From Rickettsiales bacterium (GTDB lineage Bacteria > Pseudomonadota > Alphaproteobacteria > Rickettsiales > JABIRX01), in the NCBI GenBank assembly GCA_034111325.1, contig JAWUXM010000049.1, positions 1 to 62,850 of the forward strand: 62,850 bases of DNA, written 5' to 3'. The translations under genes and the position numbers were made by a program. Position 1 is the first letter of the stretch. Every line of letters starts with the position of its first letter. This document shows, piece by piece, positions 58,851 through 62,850 of the stretch. A model generated the notes under the pieces. That model saw only the letters and a program-made list of their open reading frames with translations. It searched no databases and was not told the origin of the DNA.

Positions 58851-59756
58851 ATGTCGAAGTTTTATATTATTTCTTTAATGGCGGTATCACTGTTGATATC
58901 GCCAATTACAGCACAGGCGAAGGTGAATATTTTCGCCTGTGAGCCAGAGTGGGAATCTCTAGGGATGGAAATTGGTGGCAGTTATGTTAAAACATTTTCT
59001 GCCACAAATGCAAAACAAGATCCGCATTATATTAGGGCAAAACCCAGTTTAATTGCTAAAATCAGAACGGCAGATTTAATCATTTGCTCAGGATCAGATT
59101 TGGAAGTAGGATGGCTGCCAATATTACTTTCAAAAGCCAATAAAAATATTCAGATCGGTAAAGTTGGATATTTAATGGCCTCTGATTTTGTGCCTAAAAT
59201 TGAAAAACCAGAAATTCTCGATAGATCAATGGGAGATATTCATCCGCAAGGAAACCCTCATATCCACCTAAATCCGCATAATATTTTGTTGATAGCCGAG
59301 GAGTTAAATAATCGCCTAAAGAAAATTGATCCAAGTAATTCTAAAAACTATCAAAATAATTATGATAATTTCACAAGTAAGTGGAGCAACTCAATTAGCA
59401 TATGGGAAGCTAGAGCTCTTAAGTTACAAGGTCTCAAAATAGCTGTTCACCACAAATCTTTTAGCTATTTAATTGATTGGCTTAAATTAGATGAGGTGGC
59501 AACATTGGAATCAAAACCAGGGATCGCACCCACTTCAAGCCATCTGGAAAGTCTCTTAATATCTTTAAGAAAAGAACCAGTAAAATTCATTATCAGAACT
59601 CCTTACGATCCCAAAGATGCTAGCAATTGGGTTTCTAAAAAAACCCAAATAAAAGAACTGGTTTTACCATATACAGTTGGGGGCAATGAGCAAAGCAACG
59701 ATCTGCTCTCTCTTTTTGACAATACAATTAATTTAATGCTAGAGGCAGCTAAATGA
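58851..59756 (+). CDS. Metal (Zn/Mn) ABC transporter substrate-binding protein, ZnuA/TroA-like
   Basis: 301 aa. Signal peptide and three His-containing ligand blocks (QDPHYI, GNPHIHLNPHN, VHHKSFSYL). Confidence 0.85.
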   Translation: MSKFYIISLMAVSLLISPITAQAKVNIFACEPEWESLGMEIGGSYVKTFSATNAKQDPHYIRAKPSLIAKIRTADLIICSGSDLEVGWLPILLSKANKNIQIGKVGYLMASDFVPKIEKPEILDRSMGDIHPQGNPHIHLNPHNILLIAEELNNRLKKIDPSNSKNYQNNYDNFTSKWSNSISIWEARALKLQGLKIAVHHKSFSYLIDWLKLDEVATLESKPGIAPTSSHLESLLISLRKEPVKFIIRTPYDPKDASNWVSKKTQIKELVLPYTVGGNEQSNDLLSLFDNTINLMLEAAK

Positions 59757-60529
59757 TAAACATGGAAATGATAGAAATAATAAGCCCCGCCTTAGTGGCA
59801 GGTCTATTAATTGCCTTAACTCATGGGTTGCTTGGCATTAAGGTTTTGGAAAGGGGCATAGTTTTTATTGACCTTGCAATCGCTCAAATTGCAGGCCTTG
59901 GATTAGTAATAGCGGGCATGTTTTTACCAGAATATAGCTGGTCTTACCAGTTTATTGCTCTTTTATTTGCAATAGGAGCTAGTTTATTTTTCTATTATAT
60001 AGAAAAAATAGCCCCCGATATCCAAGAGGCAATTATTGGTTGCAGCTTTGTTCTAGCCGCGTCTTTGAGTATTCTATTTTTATCAAATCACTCTCATGGC
60101 TCAGATGAAATAAAACATTTATTATCTGGTCAGATTCTCTTTGTTACATTCAAAGATATTTTTTGGCATGCGCCAATTTATATTGCAATAATAGCATTAT
60201 GGTTTTTGAAGCCAAAAATACGTAGTGGTATCGGATTCTATTTAATCTTTGCTTTTGCAATTACATCGTCCGTACAGCTAGTTGGCATTTATGTTGTTTT
60301 TGCAAGCCTTATACTTCCAGCACTTGCTGCCAAAAACCAGAGAAACCCATTATTAATTTCTTGGATATGCGGTGTTGTCTCAGTAATTTTAGGGGTGTTT
60401 TTTGCTATGATGCTTGATCTCCCTGCAGGAGTTTTAGTAGTTATTTCTTATTTTTTCGTCACTTGTCTAATTAAGCTCTGCTCTAAAATTCGTTGTGAAG
60501 ATAATAAAAGAAAAATTATGAAGTTTTGA
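59753..60529 (+). CDS. Metal ABC transporter permease, ZnuB-like
   Basis: 258 aa, 7-8 TM helices. ATGA overlap with the binding-protein gene. No ATPase gene follows. Confidence 0.8.
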   Translation: MINMEMIEIISPALVAGLLIALTHGLLGIKVLERGIVFIDLAIAQIAGLGLVIAGMFLPEYSWSYQFIALLFAIGASLFFYYIEKIAPDIQEAIIGCSFVLAASLSILFLSNHSHGSDEIKHLLSGQILFVTFKDIFWHAPIYIAIIALWFLKPKIRSGIGFYLIFAFAITSSVQLVGIYVVFASLILPALAAKNQRNPLLISWICGVVSVILGVFFAMMLDLPAGVLVVISYFFVTCLIKLCSKIRCEDNKRKIMKF

Positions 60530-60540
60530 TTTGATTTTTG

Positions 60541-60652
60541 ACGAATTGGAATATCCTAGCAGGTGAGCGTAGTCTTCTACGTGACTCATGCGCAAGATTT
60601 TCCAATTCGTTAGCTCCGCCACTATTGATAACCTAACAGGTTCTCAATAGTG
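60541..60652. repeat. Compound palindromic element (two nested hairpins)
   Basis: ACGAATTGGAA (60541-60551) pairs with TTCCAATTCGT (60600-60610) and encloses CGTAG-tctt-CTACG. It is followed by the 15-bp-arm hairpin CACTATTGATAACCT-aac-AGGTTCTCAATAGTG (60620-60652, one mismatch). Confidence 0.55.
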
Positions 60653-60770
60653 AAAAACATTCAAAAAGATTGAGTTGAGCCACTCCCAAAATGAGGGGTT
60701 TTATTATTATCTATTGTTAGCTATAAAGCTTATAGCAAAGATTTATTAACGCAGGCAAGGGAACTAAATT

Positions 60771-61226
60771 ATGCAATATCTACACACAATGGTTAGAATT
60801 AGTAACCTCGAAAAATCACTCGATTTTTACTGCACTAAGTTGGGATTGGTTGAAACCAAAAGATATGACAATGCAAAAGGCAAATTTACCTTAATTTTTT
60901 TATCAGCACCAGATGATTTGGAGAGTGCTAAAATAAACAAAGCTCCACTAATTGAGTTAACTTACAATTGGCCAGATGAGAATGGCGAAGTTGAAGAATA
61001 TAAATCAGGCAGGCATTTTGGTCATTTAGCCTTTGGAGTTGACAATATTTATGAAGTTTGTCAAAAATTAATTGATAAAGACGTGACTATTAACCGCCCA
61101 CCAAGAGATGGTCACATGGCCTTTGTTAAATCTGGCGACGGCATATCAATAGAGATTTTGCAAAAAGGTGATTCTTTAGAAATTTGCGAGCCTTGGAAGT
61201 CGATGAAAAATGTTGGGTCGTGGTGA
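60771..61226 (+). CDS. gloA: Lactoylglutathione lyase (glyoxalase I)
   Basis: 151 aa. MQYLHTMVRISNLEKSLDFYCTKLGL... and HLAFGVDN motifs. Confidence 0.9.
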   Translation: MQYLHTMVRISNLEKSLDFYCTKLGLVETKRYDNAKGKFTLIFLSAPDDLESAKINKAPLIELTYNWPDENGEVEEYKSGRHFGHLAFGVDNIYEVCQKLIDKDVTINRPPRDGHMAFVKSGDGISIEILQKGDSLEICEPWKSMKNVGSW

Positions 61227-61369
61227 CATGGTTTTTGACCCAAGTCACCTACATAAAAGTAAAATTTTATTCTAAAAGCCAACTGGGCCCTATATTAAAT
61301 CTTCAGGCTCTTGTAAGTTTATAAAAAATTACTATATCAGCTTTATAAGCAATCAATTAACTTAAAAAT

Positions 61370-61987
61370 ATGTATACTCTATATTCTATTCCAGGCACCT
61401 GCTCAACTGGCATTACTGCTCTTTTAACCAAATTAGAATTAGAATTTGAAATCGTTAAAAGAGACGATGTTAAAGATTATTCTAAAATGATTCCAACCAA
61501 TCAAGTTCCAGCCTTAAAGGATGGCGAGAAAATTATCACTGAAGGAGCTGCAATTGTCCTATATCTTTTAGAAAAGCATCAAAATGATATTTTGCCAAAA
61601 GACATCAATAAAAAAGGAGAATTCCTGCAATATTTAATGTTTAATTATGCCACTTTGCACCCTGCTTATGCAAAAATATTTGCTGCAAATTCCATTTTAA
61701 AAGATGGAGAAGAAAAAACTAAGCTAATGAATGCTTTAGCTGATAGCTTGTCAAAATATTGGGCGATTATTGACAAAAGATTGGCGGACAAAAAATATAT
61801 CACTGGTGACAAGCCAACAGTAATTGATTATCTAGCGGCAATTTATACTAGTTGGAATAGGTTTTTCCCAGCTATTGAGGTTAAGCTTGGCGATAATGTT
61901 AAAAGATTAACAGAAGAAGTTGCTGACTTGCCAGAATTTAAAGAGGCCTATAGGAAAGAAGGTGTGGAATTTATTAAAACTTTTTAG
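61370..61987 (+). CDS. Glutathione S-transferase
   Basis: 205 aa. N-terminal thioredoxin-like GST domain (IPGTCS..NQVPAL) and an alpha-helical C-terminal domain. Confidence 0.8.
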   Translation: MYTLYSIPGTCSTGITALLTKLELEFEIVKRDDVKDYSKMIPTNQVPALKDGEKIITEGAAIVLYLLEKHQNDILPKDINKKGEFLQYLMFNYATLHPAYAKIFAANSILKDGEEKTKLMNALADSLSKYWAIIDKRLADKKYITGDKPTVIDYLAAIYTSWNRFFPAIEVKLGDNVKRLTEEVADLPEFKEAYRKEGVEFIKTF

Positions 61988-62075
61988 CCTAATTTAAGGG
62001 TTTGTTTTTGCAAACACAGCAATTAGGGATTCGCATACTACTCCCCATTAAGGAATTAATAACCAAATAAATCTT

Positions 62076-62399
62076 ATGACCGCTTGGACTTACCTTGTTA
62101 TTGCCGGACTTCTAGAAATATGTTGGGCGGTTGGATTGAAGTATACTGATGGTTTTACCAAATTAATTCCCAGTATTTTTACCATCACCACATTGGCTTT
62201 AAGTATATTTTTATTGGCAAAGGCAGCGCAAACTTTGCCCATCGGAACTGCTTATGCTATATGGGTAGGAATTGGGGCACTTGGTACTGCTATTTTGGGT
62301 ATTTACTTATTTAAAGAGCCAGTTTCGGCAATGCGAATAATATTTTTAGCTATGTTATTGATTTCAATTATTGGATTAAAGATGACATCAGGAAAATAA
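62076..62399 (+). CDS. sugE: SMR-family exporter SugE/Gdx
   Basis: 107 aa, 4 [28 protein letters not shown] contains the essential Glu. Confidence 0.9.
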   Translation: MTAWTYLVIAGLLEICWAVGLKYTDGFTKLIPSIFTITTLALSIFLLAKAAQTLPIGTAYAIWVGIGALGTAILGIYLFKEPVSAMRIIFLAMLLISIIGLKMTSGK

Positions 62400-62662
62400 A
62401 GCTAGATTAAAAGTTCAATCAAATAACGAGCTGATACCAACCCTAATATTACAAATCACAACCATTGCCTTTGTTTTTCACTTGTCTCCCTTGCGCACAT
62501 TGCAGCAAATGATTTTAGGAAATCAACAATGTTTTGCAGAAGAGCTGGAATCACCGAATCAACGATCAGAGACTTTGGAAGAGGAGCTATAAATTTAAGG
62601 ACTGAAACGATGCAAAAAGTGGTGGGAGTATTTGAAGATGAAGGAATTAGACTTTAGGGTAA

Positions 62663-62682
62663 AAAAACGCCTTAGCGTTTTT
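62663..62682. terminator. Short A/T-flanked hairpin AAAAACGC-ctta-GCGTTTTT
   Basis: Perfect 8-bp stem, though only 3 G:C pairs. Symmetrical A and T runs. Weak candidate for a bidirectional terminator. Confidence 0.3.
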
Positions 62683-62850
62683 GAATCAATCCTGCCCTGC
62701 TCGCTAGTTCAACATCTACAAACCCCATCTTCGCTTGGTTCGTCCTTTTTCAAAAAAGGTGCACATCGGTAAACACTGGCTTTGCAGGAGTGTAACGAAC
62801 TTTTTCAACTGGATATGCGAACGGATTTTTGATGATTTTTGCGAACTTTT

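Noticed and set aside
61213-61249. Interleaved inverted repeats (TTGGGTC..GACCCAA and GGTGAC..GTCACC) with pseudoknot topology spanning the gloA stop codon.
   Set aside because: The stems are short (6-7 bp) and there is no slippery site or extended downstream ORF to recode into. Most simply this is a terminator-like structure or chance.
61988-62075. Nested hairpin CCTAATT..GTTTG-tttttg-CAAAC..AATTAGG between the GST gene and sugE, considered as a guanidine riboswitch.
   Set aside because: It lacks ACGR tetraloops (guanidine-II) and the conserved ykkC or ykkC-III sequence blocks. It is more likely a weak terminator or coincidental AT-rich pairing.
62529-62657. 42-codon ORF MFCRRAGITESTIRDFGRGAINLRTETMQKVVGVFEDEGIRL, resembling the C-terminal half of an XRE-type HTH protein.
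   Set aside because: It is too short for a complete HTH domain and the start is ambiguous. It is probably a remnant, so I did not list it as a feature.

Overview
AT-rich (roughly high-30s % GC by eye) chromosomal segment. It looks alphaproteobacterial and is consistent with a host-associated or intracellular lifestyle: an ankyrin-repeat protein, a TSUP/TIGR02186-like gene pair, Cox11, CoxIII, an NDUFA9-like protein, zapA-ssrS-5FCL synteny, a decayed iscR and hscA, and repeat-laden intergenic DNA. Most of the window is housekeeping: maeB, htpG, purA, rsmE, ribA, the isc operon, rpsU, tRNA-Ser and 6S RNA. Accessory modules are interleaved with it. (1) Two convergent type II toxin-antitoxin pairs. 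(2) A Fur-box-controlled iron module: tonB, a TonB-dependent receptor, and a cupredoxin-FTR1 pair. (3) A tripartite RND efflux pump. (4) A copper block, cusCBA-csoR-copA, with ackA-xfp-MBL hydrolase packed directly behind copA. (5) A metal-uptake cluster next to tRNA-Ser that has a substrate-binding protein and a permease but no ATPase. (6) Two orphan prepilin-type paralogs. The most unusual content is non-coding. There is a Tourist-like MITE family (about 275 bp, TAA/TTA target duplications). One copy supplies the only usable start codon of copA. Another sits exactly inside a TAATG stop/start overlap. Its terminal repeats also bracket the ankyrin gene. There are two further structured repeat families whose hairpins are maintained by compensatory substitutions, and a strand-specific 13-mer, AATTAATCTTTTT, recurring at gene 3' ends. 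I found no CRISPR array, rRNA, transposase, integrase or phage genes. I cannot point to one clearly novel multi-gene system. The best candidates are the repeat/MITE biology and the ATPase-less metal-uptake cluster.
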